The notes under the pieces were generated by a model. It was not told the origin of the DNA. It did no database searches and was given only the letters and a program-made list of their open reading frames with translations. A program made the position numbers and the translations under genes. A stretch of DNA of 64,000 bases, taken from the NCBI GenBank assembly GCA_934182615.1, contig CAKPRO010000008.1, positions 7,157-71,156 on the forward strand, read 5' to 3'. Source of the DNA: an uncultured Bacilli bacterium (lineage in GTDB: Bacteria; Bacillota_I; Bacilli_A; RF39; UBA660). This document shows positions 63,991 to 64,000 of this stretch, in pieces. Position 1 is the stretch's first letter. Every line of letters begins with the position of its first letter.

Positions 63991-64000
63991 ATGTAATTTA

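Overview
This is a very AT-rich chromosomal segment that uses the standard genetic code. It comes from an endospore-forming low-GC Firmicute, judged Clostridia/Erysipelotrichia-like from gene content (dacB-spmA-spmB, gerE, gerM, ylbJ/ylbL). The backbone is housekeeping genes: tuf (3' part), tgt, priA, queA, nrdD/nrdG, glmS with its ribozyme, leuS, gltX, sepF-divIVA, ybeY-dgkA-cdd, xfp, murG-murB-divIB, rplS and lepB. Five singleton tRNA genes each have their own promoter. I found no rRNA, CRISPR array, transposase or integrase.

The interesting content lies between and around the housekeeping genes:
1. Two DUF285/BspA-like LRR surface-protein genes are each preceded by the same module: promoter, short leader ORF containing a G9 homopolymer, intrinsic terminator. 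This is a candidate phase-variable translational attenuator.
2. At least nine copies of an intergenic double-hairpin repeat occur. Their stems covary and their loops are conserved.
3. A type I toxin-antitoxin-like locus encodes a 25-aa hydrophobic peptide with a convergent antisense sRNA.
4. A type III (ToxIN/AbiQ-like) toxin-antitoxin locus carries about 2.2 pseudoknot-forming RNA repeats.
5. nrdD is split, with its glycyl-radical domain encoded as a separate 56-aa ORF.
6. A paralogous family of secreted proteins shares a TasA/SipW-like signal motif. One member carries an 80-nt GC-rich, A-depleted patch.

All calls come from reading the sequence and from remembered family motifs. No database search was run.
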